Below, piece after piece: positions 27,001 to 34,908 of a DNA stretch of 34,908 bases; the first letter of the stretch is position 1, and the number at the start of each line of letters is the position of its first letter. The notes beneath the pieces were generated by a model that did not search any database, was not told where the DNA came from, and saw only the letters and a program-made list of their open reading frames with translations. Both the position numbers and the translations under genes were made by a program. The stretch lies in the IMG/VR virus record IMGVR_UViG_3300002098_000089, positions 1-34,908 of that record. One strand, 5' to 3'. Origin of the DNA: a virus (Duplodnaviria; Caudoviricetes).

Positions 27001-30000
27001 ATCCATTGATTGAGGCAATTCAAACAGTAGCCAATAGATATGATATTGATCCATCATCATTGTTTGAGCGTATTTATGAGATTGCTGCTGATGGCGGCGC
27101 TACTCATTCAGAAATTGAAAGTTTCTTTCGAGGGGATAGAAATCTTCAATATGCAGAACATCCAGAAACAGGGCAATTAGTAAACCATCAATTTATTGCT
27201 GATGTTATTCAAGAACTTGGATTCGATTCTATTATTTTGAAAAATGCAGAAGAGCAATTTACAAATATGGGAATGGATAAAGATACTGCCCATGTTCATA
27301 TTTTTGATGAAAACAATACAAATATCAAATCTGCTACCGATAAATCTGGTGCATTTAACAGCAACGATCCAAATATTTATAAGCAACCTAATCGCGCTCA
27401 GATCTCATTCGGATCAGATCTTACCAAATCCCCCAGCATTATTACCCTACTTAAATCAGCAGATTTATCCTCATTCCTACATGAGTCAGGTCACTTCTTC
27501 TTTGAAAGTGATATTCATTTAGCGGCAGAATTAAACCGTACATCTAATGAAACTGATATATCTATGATGTCGGATGGCGAACAACAGATTATGTCTGATG
27601 TCAGTAAGATGCTTTCATGGCATGGCCTCCAAGGTAATCTGAATGATCAGTTAAATCAGTGGTACACCTTGAGCGATGCGGAGCGTAGAAGTTACCATGA
27701 GCGTACTGCTGAGTCTTTTGAGCGCTACTTGTTTGAAGGCAAAGCCCCATCGGTTGAATTGCAAAGATTATTCCAGACTTTCCAAGCCTGGTTATTGCAA
27801 GCCTATACATCAATTAAGAAGTTTGTCGAAGCTAATCCAGAGGCCGGTAATCTCAACCCAGAGATTCGCCAGGTATTTGACCGGATGTTAGCTACCAGTG
27901 AGCAGATCCAGTTAGCAGAACAAAGCAGATCGATGATGCCTTTATTTGAATCAGTAGATCAATCCGGTATGACGACTGAGGGATTAGCCGCTTACCATAA
28001 GGAAGATCTTGCAGCTACCTTAGAGGCTAGGGATATTCTGCAAACCCGTTCATTAAAAGATATGCAGTGGCTACAAAATGCCCGTAGCAAGATCATTAAG
28101 AAACTGCAACAAGAGCATAAAGTCTTGAGAGCAGAAGTAATGATGGATGCTAGACGCCAAGTATTAAGCCAGCCGATCTATCAAGCCTATTCATTCTTAA
28201 CTAATAGAATGACTAAGGACGATAAGATCATTCCAGATCCATTGCCTAAGTCAGATAAGAACAAGGTAATCCCTGCGATTGACTCGATGTTCACTGCGAT
28301 TGCTAAATTAGGCGGCCTTAAGCGCGATCAGATTGATAGCTTAATCGGCTTGGATTCTAAGATGAAAAGCCCAATGCCGGTATTTGGCAAGTATGTCTTT
28401 AAAAGAGAGGGTGGTATTCCTTTAGATTCAATGGGCGAACTCTTAGCAGACTATGGTTATCTTCCAGTAGATGAGCATGGCAAATTTGATACTCGCGACT
28501 TAGAAGAGAAGTTAGATTCTGAGTTGCGTGGTGATCCCCAATATTCCATCGAAGTCGATGATCGGATCTTGCGTGGAGCAGATAAGGCCGGATTAGGAGT
28601 AGATATTGCTGCACTTGGAGCAGGCCGTCTATCTAAAGGTGAGCTAGTAGGAGAATTTACTGCCGAACAGATCGCTGTATTAGAAGCGAAAAAAATGGTA
28701 TCTAGCACTGGTATAGCGCCTGATTTCATCGCAGAACAGTTCGGGATTACTTCCGCAGATGAGATGGTGCGCAGCCTAGTAAGTATTCCATCGCCTAAAG
28801 AGGCAATCAATACTCTGACAGATCAAATGATGATTGAGCGCTATGGTGATCTCAATAGCCCAGAAGCATTATCTAAGGCAGCAGATGAGGCCGTACATAA
28901 TAAATTGAGAACTAAGGTCATTACGACTGACCTTAATGTATTAAATAAGCTCATGGGCAAACCCCAAGTATTAGCAAGCGCAGCTAAAGACTTTGCCGAA
29001 GCCATGATCAATCGTTTAATTATTCGTAACCTACGACCTGGTCAATACTCTGCATCAGAAGTACGGGCTGCTAAAGCTGCTGAAAAAGCATTTAAAGAAG
29101 GCAATCGGGAAGTCGCTGCTGCTGAGAAGAGAAACCAATTAGTCAATAACTACGCTACTAAGGCAGTCTATAACGCTCAAAAAGAAGTCGAGCAGATTCG
29201 TAAATTCTTCTCACAAGTCCTAGGTGGTAAGGATGAGGATATTGCTAAGTATCGCGATATGGATATGGTCAATGCAGCCAGGGCTATTCTTGCTCCATTA
29301 GGGTATGGCGGAAAAGCGACTACTGCGATTGACTATTTAACTAGAGTCAAGACTTATGATCCAGCGCTGCATGAAGTATTAAGCGCCAGCGTCAATGCTG
29401 CCCAGCTAGTTGCTAAACCTATCAACGATTTGACCTTAGATCAGTTACGCGATATTAAAGAAGAGGTCGAGGCTTTATGGCACTTGTCTAGGCGTGGTAA
29501 ACAAATGGAGCTAGATGGTGATTTAATAGATCGCCAAGAGGCTGCCGATGCTTTAATCTCCCGTATGCAAGAGATTGGATTACCAGAAAATATGCCTGGT
29601 GAGATGAGTGCTATTACGGAGCAAGAAGTAAGACATTCCAGAGTCCAGCAATTTAAAGCATTTTTGCGCAGAGTAGAGTCCTGGGTAGATCTGAAAGATG
29701 GCTCTAATAAAATGGGCGCTTTCCGCAAATACATCTTCTCACCTATTAAGGGCGCTGCTGATGCCTATAGGCAAGAAAAGCTAGTGCGGATTACAGCCTT
29801 TAGAGATAGTTTTGAGAGTATCGCTAAGACAATGGAAAAGGGGCAAATCCATTCCGGTGAGTTAAATTACACATTCGGCAAGGATAGTGGTGGTGTTGCA
29901 ATGAATGAGATCATGCACGCGATCCTTCATCGAGGAAATGACTCTAACTTCCGCAAACTACTATTAGGCCGTAAGTGGGCAGATCTGTTGGAAGATGGAA

Positions 30001-31700
30001 CAATGGATACAACTCGCTGGGATGCTTTTGAAAAGCGGATGCAGCAAGAAGGAAAACTCACCAAAGCCCACTATGATTTTGCTCAAAATGTTTGGGATCA
30101 ATTAGATGATATGAAGCCTGGCGCTCAAAAAGCCCATAGAGATGCGTATGGTCGCTACTTTACCGAAGTCACAGCTAATGAATTTCATACCCCATTCGGG
30201 ATGTATCGTGGAGGCTATGTACCCGCTAAAGTCGATAGCCGAATTGTCAAAGATATGGAGCTTAAAAAGCTGATAGAAGAGGGTAAGGATGGCATGATGT
30301 TTGCCTTCCCAAGTACCAATAAGGGTTTTACTAAAGGCCGCGTGGAATACAACCGCCCTTTAATGCTTGATATGCGCACGATTGCCCAGCATATAGATCA
30401 GGTTTTACTCTTTACCCACATGGAAAATCCATCAAGAGATGTATCTAAACTATTAGGCATGGGTGAAGTCGGTAGTTTATTAAACCAACAAGATCCAGAG
30501 GCCATCAATTCGATGCTCACTCCTTGGCTCACTCGTTCTGCTAAACAGTTAGTCACGACTCCAGTAGCGGGTTCTGCCGGCCTAATGCGATTCTTTAGTG
30601 TATTGCGCAGCAGAACAAGTATGTCAGCAATGTTCGCCAATATCTCTAATACTGCCCAGCAGATCACCGGATTTAGCCTGGCGGCTCTCAAGGTGAGATC
30701 TGGATCGATGCTCTCTAGCACTGCTCAGTACATGAAAAATCCTAAACAGATGACTGAGGATGTCGCAGGGCTATCTATGTTCATGGCTCATCGGATGGAT
30801 AATCAAGTTACAGCCATGATTGGGGATGTAGAACAGATCCTCTTAAACCCAAGCCTATTTGCCAAATCCCAGGAATGGACTAAAAAGCATACTTTCTTCA
30901 TGCAGTCTGCCGTAGATAATGTCATGGGAACAATCATCTGGAACGCTGCTTATAACGAAGCCGTAGAAGATGGTCATAACTCAGAGGATTCAATCAAGGT
31001 AGCAGACGGGATTGTTCGCCAAACCCAGGGTAGTTCATTGCCAGAAGATGTATCGCGTATGGAAACAGGCAATGCGTTTATCAGAATGTTTACCTTGTTT
31101 GCCGGTTACTTCAATATGCAAGCTAACCTACTGGGAACTGAGTTTGCTAAGATCCCACAAGAGTTAGGGTTAAGAAAAGGGATGGGGCGCGGATTCTATG
31201 TCTTGCTCATGGGTCTTGCCGCACCCGCTATCGTATCTGAGGCAATCGCTCAAGTATTTAGGGGTGGGCCGGATGATGATGATAAAGATGGATCTTACCT
31301 AGATGACTGGCTAATGGCAGTTTTAGTCTATGGACCAATGAAAACAGTTACGGCTTTTGTACCAGGAGGATCAATGGTCAACTCCGCAGTCGCTAAATTC
31401 AACCATAACCCAGCAGACGATAAGATGAGCATTACCCCAGTAATGAACTCACTCGATGCTCTAGCTAGTATTCCAGTAGATTTATGGAAAGCAGAGCAGG
31501 GTAAAGCCAATGCTCAAAAGACCATACGCGATCTAGCCACTGTCATTTCAGTCACAGTAGGGCTGCCGGCTAATATTGTTGCAAAACCTTTAGGCTATAT
31601 GGCTGGAGTGGAGCAGGGTAAAACAAAGCCAACTAGCGATCTGGATTTGGCAAGAGGATTGATTACGGGTACATCCAGCCCACCTAGCAAGCAAAAGTAG
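24033..31700 (+). CDS. Giant internal virion polyvalent protein (LPD22-like N-terminus, LPD3-like, ART-like and zincin metallopeptidase-like domains)
   Basis: 2555 aa; LPD3-like V.N...G..I.IS..GIKH...YYDH (~25800-26200); TPEFKAW..YHGT..YFT..GFD.II..IKSA (~26340-27385); ADLSSFLHESGH and HE..A..FE.YL.EGKAPS (~27460-27760). Confidence 0.88.
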   Translation: MADQNEYDAVASQFLGARKQATTENVKLNISNALSVNPDEAAAVQKDANKLGVPIDSAMANPAEIRKQSYFESIGFNDVVDSKAASDFYQDQNKANIGSDSVQEMIDLSKAAQTLGTAGRSIGRFAADIPAGIFGIGEGVMKTIADPLDWATGGNAPNRFRVWGNELEQLRKTTTQAGDIIQGDMPKDPGVFERNLYNTGRSFGDMLPGMLATIVTKNPYYALGTAGIVQGGQSTSESLDEGVAPIKALTRGIIDAGWEVIFEKFGVDKLLKDIAVNSGFGKMLIHQIVRELPSELATTLMQQVDEYAITKTKANFNEFMQQLGPAELDTAISTVMQTVLTAGLGHGVNRIKQKIEGVEDAKQSNASFDILTKLNDLISTNKVKERDIESFHTFMQSATEDGDVSHVFIEPKVMVQALEASGMTQEQFATESPVISKQLNESMATNTDLAIPVADFATELAGKSYSQSLIAHLKTDPNGMSQVEAQQYMVEHGNDLKEEVEKILGENTNMQEFNASKDRVKQHILQNLNESTEWPAIKNENDAELIATRTAVRAAQLHMTPEALFQKHLLKVSDSSSETTTGDVVLNQKHHVTLDTSILDITDQSTKGLKKAAAAYAKKNFANSVVKNESDGQDIIISNQGIKHGASGTGSKLSALALSALDQIIGKAKYTHSEQDNKNRNTIKEVRFYETTVNLGDEKAKLKIVVRVANDGSRYYDHYEIENPAGQSGKLRFNQDSLQPFTGLLSKEDIASLKRLEPKSNTYSQSGLKQTETPEFKAWAGTDKPVIESDEVNGTSFKGDGPFVMELYHGTTHNFNEFKGGENGNIEGHFGAVNYFTSSSHDVHKNYMGVGPDLTSRIEQKAERLADEIKDHYDNFEDDALAVQAIKEKYGEDVYDEDMLKMARNIADKELNGGNYNVLTVFVKTEKPFVVNDKNSPFMEFIDQEELEKEAIQRVAENEGIYESEVTDANNDYQDQIDEARYEIMDEKDNPLIEAIQTVANRYDIDPSSLFERIYEIAADGGATHSEIESFFRGDRNLQYAEHPETGQLVNHQFIADVIQELGFDSIILKNAEEQFTNMGMDKDTAHVHIFDENNTNIKSATDKSGAFNSNDPNIYKQPNRAQISFGSDLTKSPSIITLLKSADLSSFLHESGHFFFESDIHLAAELNRTSNETDISMMSDGEQQIMSDVSKMLSWHGLQGNLNDQLNQWYTLSDAERRSYHERTAESFERYLFEGKAPSVELQRLFQTFQAWLLQAYTSIKKFVEANPEAGNLNPEIRQVFDRMLATSEQIQLAEQSRSMMPLFESVDQSGMTTEGLAAYHKEDLAATLEARDILQTRSLKDMQWLQNARSKIIKKLQQEHKVLRAEVMMDARRQVLSQPIYQAYSFLTNRMTKDDKIIPDPLPKSDKNKVIPAIDSMFTAIAKLGGLKRDQIDSLIGLDSKMKSPMPVFGKYVFKREGGIPLDSMGELLADYGYLPVDEHGKFDTRDLEEKLDSELRGDPQYSIEVDDRILRGADKAGLGVDIAALGAGRLSKGELVGEFTAEQIAVLEAKKMVSSTGIAPDFIAEQFGITSADEMVRSLVSIPSPKEAINTLTDQMMIERYGDLNSPEALSKAADEAVHNKLRTKVITTDLNVLNKLMGKPQVLASAAKDFAEAMINRLIIRNLRPGQYSASEVRAAKAAEKAFKEGNREVAAAEKRNQLVNNYATKAVYNAQKEVEQIRKFFSQVLGGKDEDIAKYRDMDMVNAARAILAPLGYGGKATTAIDYLTRVKTYDPALHEVLSASVNAAQLVAKPINDLTLDQLRDIKEEVEALWHLSRRGKQMELDGDLIDRQEAADALISRMQEIGLPENMPGEMSAITEQEVRHSRVQQFKAFLRRVESWVDLKDGSNKMGAFRKYIFSPIKGAADAYRQEKLVRITAFRDSFESIAKTMEKGQIHSGELNYTFGKDSGGVAMNEIMHAILHRGNDSNFRKLLLGRKWADLLEDGTMDTTRWDAFEKRMQQEGKLTKAHYDFAQNVWDQLDDMKPGAQKAHRDAYGRYFTEVTANEFHTPFGMYRGGYVPAKVDSRIVKDMELKKLIEEGKDGMMFAFPSTNKGFTKGRVEYNRPLMLDMRTIAQHIDQVLLFTHMENPSRDVSKLLGMGEVGSLLNQQDPEAINSMLTPWLTRSAKQLVTTPVAGSAGLMRFFSVLRSRTSMSAMFANISNTAQQITGFSLAALKVRSGSMLSSTAQYMKNPKQMTEDVAGLSMFMAHRMDNQVTAMIGDVEQILLNPSLFAKSQEWTKKHTFFMQSAVDNVMGTIIWNAAYNEAVEDGHNSEDSIKVADGIVRQTQGSSLPEDVSRMETGNAFIRMFTLFAGYFNMQANLLGTEFAKIPQELGLRKGMGRGFYVLLMGLAAPAIVSEAIAQVFRGGPDDDDKDGSYLDDWLMAVLVYGPMKTVTAFVPGGSMVNSAVAKFNHNPADDKMSITPVMNSLDALASIPVDLWKAEQGKANAQKTIRDLATVISVTVGLPANIVAKPLGYMAGVEQGKTKPTSDLDLARGLITGTSSPPSKQK
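26190..26280 (-). ncRNA. Candidate structured antisense small RNA (~90 nt)
   Basis: Directly downstream of the antisense promoter; closing stem AGAAGCCCCGUA/UGCGGGGUUUUCU, inner hairpin AAUCUG-N7-CAGAUU, U-rich 3' end. Confidence 0.5.
26286..26314 (-). promoter_or_regulatory. Intragenic antisense sigma70-type promoter
   Basis: Minus strand TTGCTT(26314-26309)-N17-TAGACT(26291-26286); same -35 hexamer as this phage's pL and pRM. Confidence 0.55.
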
Positions 31701-31732
31701 GTGCGCGTACTTCCTATATCTCAAGGGAAACT
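31701..31732 (+). promoter_or_regulatory. Late promoter candidate 4
   Basis: GTGCGCGTAC-N16-GAAACT (weaker -10). Confidence 0.65.
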
Positions 31733-31753
31733 ATCAACTGAGATATAGGGAGA

Positions 31754-34174
31754 ATGATCTTGACGATTTCCAGTGAAACAAGAAAGGCCGGCCCATATAC
31801 GGGTAATGGTGTAACCACTTCCTTTTCTTTTGCATTTAAAGTATTTACTACTGCTGATGTATTGGTAGTTCGCACTGATCTATCCTTGATAGAAACAGTC
31901 CTAACACTAGGATCACAGTACACAGTCACATTAAATAGCAACCAGGATTCAAACCCTGGCGGTACAGTAACGCCCAGTACGATTATTGCAACTGGCTATT
32001 TGCTGACACTATCAAGCCAAGTAGGGGCGTTGCAGGCAACTGACCTGACAAACCAAGGTGGATTCTATCCATCCGTCCTTAATACGGCACTTGATAAACT
32101 GACGATTTTAGTTCAGCAACTTAAAGAACAAGTCAGTCGTTCTGTAAAAGTAGATATTTCAAGTAGCATTACGCCTGCTACTTTGACTGGTTATATTGTT
32201 GCCCTATACAACAACCTAACAAACATTAGCGCCGTTGCTACAAATTCATCGAATATTAACTCTGCCGTAGCTAATGCTACAAATATCAATACAGTCGCGA
32301 CTAATAATACGAATGTTACAGCAGTCGGCGTGAACATTACTAATGTAAATTCAGTAGCGGGTAACTCTACCAATATCAATGCTGTAAATGCTAACGCAAC
32401 GAATATAAATGCAGTCAACAGCAACTCAACAAATATAAATACTGTAGCTACAAATATTTCCTCAGTTAATACAGTAGCGACTAACATTGCCTCAATAAAT
32501 ACTAATACTTCAAACATTACTGCTATTCAAAACGCTTCTGCTAATGCTACGGCTGCGGCTGGATCTGCAACATCAGCATCTGGTTCTGCTGCTACAGCGA
32601 CTACGCAAGCTACTAATGCTGCTTCTAGTGCAACTAGTACTGCTGCTTTGCTTGCATCTTTCCGTAGTGCCTTCTTAGGTTCTTTTGTGAGTGATACAGC
32701 AGCTGCTGCTTTCGCTACTGCAAATAGCATTACTCTCTCTAACGGAATCATGTATGAGAACAACAGCACAACTCCAGAGAAATTCCGTATTTATAACGGA
32801 TCTGCATGGCAAGATTACGATGCTTCAGCTCAGGCTTCACAGTCTGCTGCTGCATTAAGTGCTGCTAACGCTGCTGCTTCAGCTTCTACTGCTAGTACCC
32901 AAGCAACTAATGCTGCTAATAGCGCAACCTCTGCTGCCACACAGGCTACGAATGCTGCTACTTCAGCAACTGCTGCATCTACTTCAGCATCTACAGCTAC
33001 AACTCAAGCATCTAATGCTTCGACTTCAGCTACTAACTCAGCTAACTCTGCAACTGCTGCTGCAAGTTCAGCTACAAGTGCTTCTACAAGCGCAACTAAT
33101 GCTGCATCTAGCTACAACACCTTCCATAATCAATATCAAGGTGCATACGCTACAGCTCCAACTACTCGCCCAGACTCTTCAGCTCTCCAGTTAGGTGACT
33201 TGTATTTCAATACAACAACCAACTCTATGCAAGTTCGTGGTGGATCAGGTTGGACTAATGCTGGTTCTAGTGTTAACGGTACTGCAAGACGCTATCGTTA
33301 CATTGCTACTGCTGGTCAAACTACCTTTACTGGTAGTGATAGCAATGGCAACACAATGGCTTATGACGCTGGATACATTGATGTCTATTTGAACGGTGTG
33401 AGATTAGATCAATCTGATTACACAGCTTCTAGTGGTACTTCTATTGTCTTAGCTAGTGGTGCTGTGGTTAATGATGAGTTTAATATCATTGCCTTTGGTA
33501 CATTCTCGGTAGCTGCTTTTGATGGCTCTGGTTTGAACAATGCTTCTGTAAGCCCTAATAAGTTGACTGCTGGTGCTCCTACATGGGATAGCTCTGGTAA
33601 TGTAAGTATTAACGGATCTGGAGTAACAGGCTACAAATTAAATGTAAATGGTAATGCGGGTTTTGGTAGTGATGTAATTATTATTGATTCTTCTAATACT
33701 TATGGATATACCGTTGGTCTTGGAAGAATGATTTCAAACGGTGCTGGTGGTTTTGGTGGATTAACATTCCAAACCTACAACGGTGGATTTAACAACCAAG
33801 CCAGTATTGATGGTAATGGTGTTTTTGGTTTTAACTCAGGCTACGGCTCAGTAGCTACAGCATACGGTTGTCGTGCGTGGGTAAACTTCAATGGAACTGG
33901 TACTGTAGCTATTCGTGCTAGTGGAAATGTAAGTTCAATTACGGATAACGGCGTTGGTGATTACACTGTGAACTTCACGACTGCAATGCCTGATGCAAAT
34001 TACTCCCTACTTTGTAGCTCGGGTCAACCAACTCCTTCAACCAGCATGGACATTGTGGGGCGTAACCTTGACTATCCTTTATGTACAACCACTCAAGTTA
34101 GGATCTATTTGCTGAAGTCAACTAACGCTGTTGTAAGTGATAATCCAAACATACACATTGGTGTATTACGCTAA
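31754..34174 (+). CDS. Tail fibre protein
   Basis: T7-like N-terminal anchor (GNGVTT.F.F.FKVF, LDKLTIL.QQL), N/A/S/T-rich repeat shaft, AWVNFNGTGTVAIRASGNVSSITDNG.GDYTVNF tip. Confidence 0.92.
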   Translation: MILTISSETRKAGPYTGNGVTTSFSFAFKVFTTADVLVVRTDLSLIETVLTLGSQYTVTLNSNQDSNPGGTVTPSTIIATGYLLTLSSQVGALQATDLTNQGGFYPSVLNTALDKLTILVQQLKEQVSRSVKVDISSSITPATLTGYIVALYNNLTNISAVATNSSNINSAVANATNINTVATNNTNVTAVGVNITNVNSVAGNSTNINAVNANATNINAVNSNSTNINTVATNISSVNTVATNIASINTNTSNITAIQNASANATAAAGSATSASGSAATATTQATNAASSATSTAALLASFRSAFLGSFVSDTAAAAFATANSITLSNGIMYENNSTTPEKFRIYNGSAWQDYDASAQASQSAAALSAANAAASASTASTQATNAANSATSAATQATNAATSATAASTSASTATTQASNASTSATNSANSATAAASSATSASTSATNAASSYNTFHNQYQGAYATAPTTRPDSSALQLGDLYFNTTTNSMQVRGGSGWTNAGSSVNGTARRYRYIATAGQTTFTGSDSNGNTMAYDAGYIDVYLNGVRLDQSDYTASSGTSIVLASGAVVNDEFNIIAFGTFSVAAFDGSGLNNASVSPNKLTAGAPTWDSSGNVSINGSGVTGYKLNVNGNAGFGSDVIIIDSSNTYGYTVGLGRMISNGAGGFGGLTFQTYNGGFNNQASIDGNGVFGFNSGYGSVATAYGCRAWVNFNGTGTVAIRASGNVSSITDNGVGDYTVNFTTAMPDANYSLLCSSGQPTPSTSMDIVGRNLDYPLCTTTQVRIYLLKSTNAVVSDNPNIHIGVLR
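32200..33115 (+). repeat. Degenerate coding repeats of the fibre shaft
   Basis: ~10-aa NINxVATNxT units, then ATQATNAAxSA-type Ala/Ser/Thr units. Confidence 0.75.
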
Positions 34175-34190
34175 TCAATAGGACAAACAA

Positions 34191-34388
34191 ATGACAAAAA
34201 GAATTATTTACCCTACAGATGATGGCGGTGTAGCAGTAATCATTCCAACACCTGAGTATCTCTTAGAAAACTCTATAGAAGATCTAGCTGCCAAGGATGT
34301 CCCTGCTGGTAAACCTTACAAAATTATAGATACCACAGACATCCCTACAGATAGAACTTTCCGTAACGCATGGGAGTACCAAGAATGA
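34191..34388 (+). CDS. Tail fibre assembly/chaperone-like protein
   Basis: GGVAVIIP, AAKDVPAGKPYKII, IP.DR.FRNAW; follows fibre. Confidence 0.75.
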   Translation: MTKRIIYPTDDGGVAVIIPTPEYLLENSIEDLAAKDVPAGKPYKIIDTTDIPTDRTFRNAWEYQE

Positions 34389-34621
34389 TAGTGATTAACT
34401 TTAACAAAGCTAAAGACATCACCAAAGATCGCCTTCGTGCTGATCGTTTGCCTATGCTCCAAGCCCTTGATATTTCTTTTCAACAGGCTTTGGAGACGGG
34501 TGGAGATACATCCGCAGTAGTCGCTGAAAAGAATCGCCTTCGTGACATTACTAAATTAGCTGATACAGCTACAACCCTCGATGAACTTCGAGCTATTAAA
34601 GTTGAGGTGAACAATGAGTAA
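34385..34621 (+). CDS. Tail fibre assembly/chaperone-like protein
   Basis: R..R.P.L..LD..F..ALE, EK.RLRDIT; ATGA overlap at 34385. Confidence 0.75.
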   Translation: MIVINFNKAKDITKDRLRADRLPMLQALDISFQQALETGGDTSAVVAEKNRLRDITKLADTATTLDELRAIKVEVNNE

Positions 34622-34907
34622 CGCTCGTAATCTAGCGAGGCTTCTGCCAGACTCTAGTGGGAAAGTACCAACTACCCAGATAGGGGCTGGTAGTGTGTTG
34701 CAAGTACAGACAATGTATAACTCAGCCGATTCAACGACTACAAACCAATTTGCGACTAACTCAGGAAGTTTTGTTTCTATAACCCCTAAATTTGCAACTA
34801 GCAAAATTTTTGTACTCCTTACTGGGAGTTTTGGCTATACCCTTGCTTCTGCTGGTAACTTTGCTTTTTCTCTTTGGAGAGGGGGCGTTGCTGGAACCCA
34901 GTTAAAC
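34614..34907 (+). CDS. Second fibre/appendage-type protein, 3' truncated (not in ORF track)
   Basis: MSNARNLARL...GSVLQVQ...SITPKFATSKIFV; frame open to window end. Confidence 0.7.
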   Translation, partial: MSNARNLARLLPDSSGKVPTTQIGAGSVLQVQTMYNSADSTTTNQFATNSGSFVSITPKFATSKIFVLLTGSFGYTLASAGNFAFSLWRGGVAGTQLN

Positions 34908-34908
34908 G

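Larger units (their letters stand above)
1..34908. mobile_element. Temperate phage/prophage: lambdoid early region plus BPP-1/epsilon15-like podoviral structural region; both ends lie outside the window
   Basis: Continuous phage gene order int-xis-recombination-cI/cro/cII-replication-nin-terminase-portal-capsid-tail-ejection proteins-fibre; no host housekeeping genes. Confidence 0.96.

Noticed and set aside
32200-33115. Repetitive DNA that could be mistaken for a CRISPR array or satellite
   Set aside because: Degenerate, in-frame, codon-level repeats of the fibre shaft with no repeat-spacer structure
31754-34908. Diversity-generating retroelement, expected because the structural genes resemble BPP-1
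   Set aside because: No reverse transcriptase, no TR/VR repeat pair and no Mtd-like C-terminus visible in the window
1-34908. Lambdoid-early/podoviral-late chimerism, and an impression of skewed palindrome usage (frequent GATC/CTAG, few GGATCC/GAATTC/AAGCTT)
   Set aside because: The architecture is already known from epsilon15/BPP-1-like phages; the k-mer bias cannot be established without counting

Overview
The window holds most of a temperate podovirus genome, probably a prophage, truncated at both ends. The left ~9 kb is lambdoid: the 3' end of a tyrosine integrase, an excisionase, SSB, an Exo/Bet recombination pair, a cI-cro-cII switch with five readable 14-bp operators, a DUF1376-type replication initiator with iterons, ninB, a cytosine-methyltransferase-like gene and ninG. 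The right ~26 kb is a BPP-1/epsilon15/T7-type morphogenesis region: terminase, portal, scaffold, major capsid, decoration proteins, tail tube A/B, three ejection proteins (one with a lytic transglycosylase, one a 2555-aa polyvalent protein) and tail fibre genes. No lysis genes, att site or DGR are visible. A betaproteobacterial host is only a guess from family resemblance. The most notable unannotated signals are: (1) a sigma70-type antisense promoter and an ~90-nt structured RNA inside the giant ejection-protein gene, right behind its LPD3 (predicted RNase-fold) domain; (2) a cupin / possible GNAT / SET-domain cassette interleaved with two paralogous small virion-type proteins and coupled to the portal gene; (3) four identical GTGCGCGTAC boxes, each 16 bp before a -10-like hexamer, heading the late gene blocks, with an orphan HTH gene at the position of Q; (4) a G9 tract in the methyltransferase-like gene; (5) a switch-like structured leader on the early left operon. 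All family assignments come from motif recognition by eye, not database searches.
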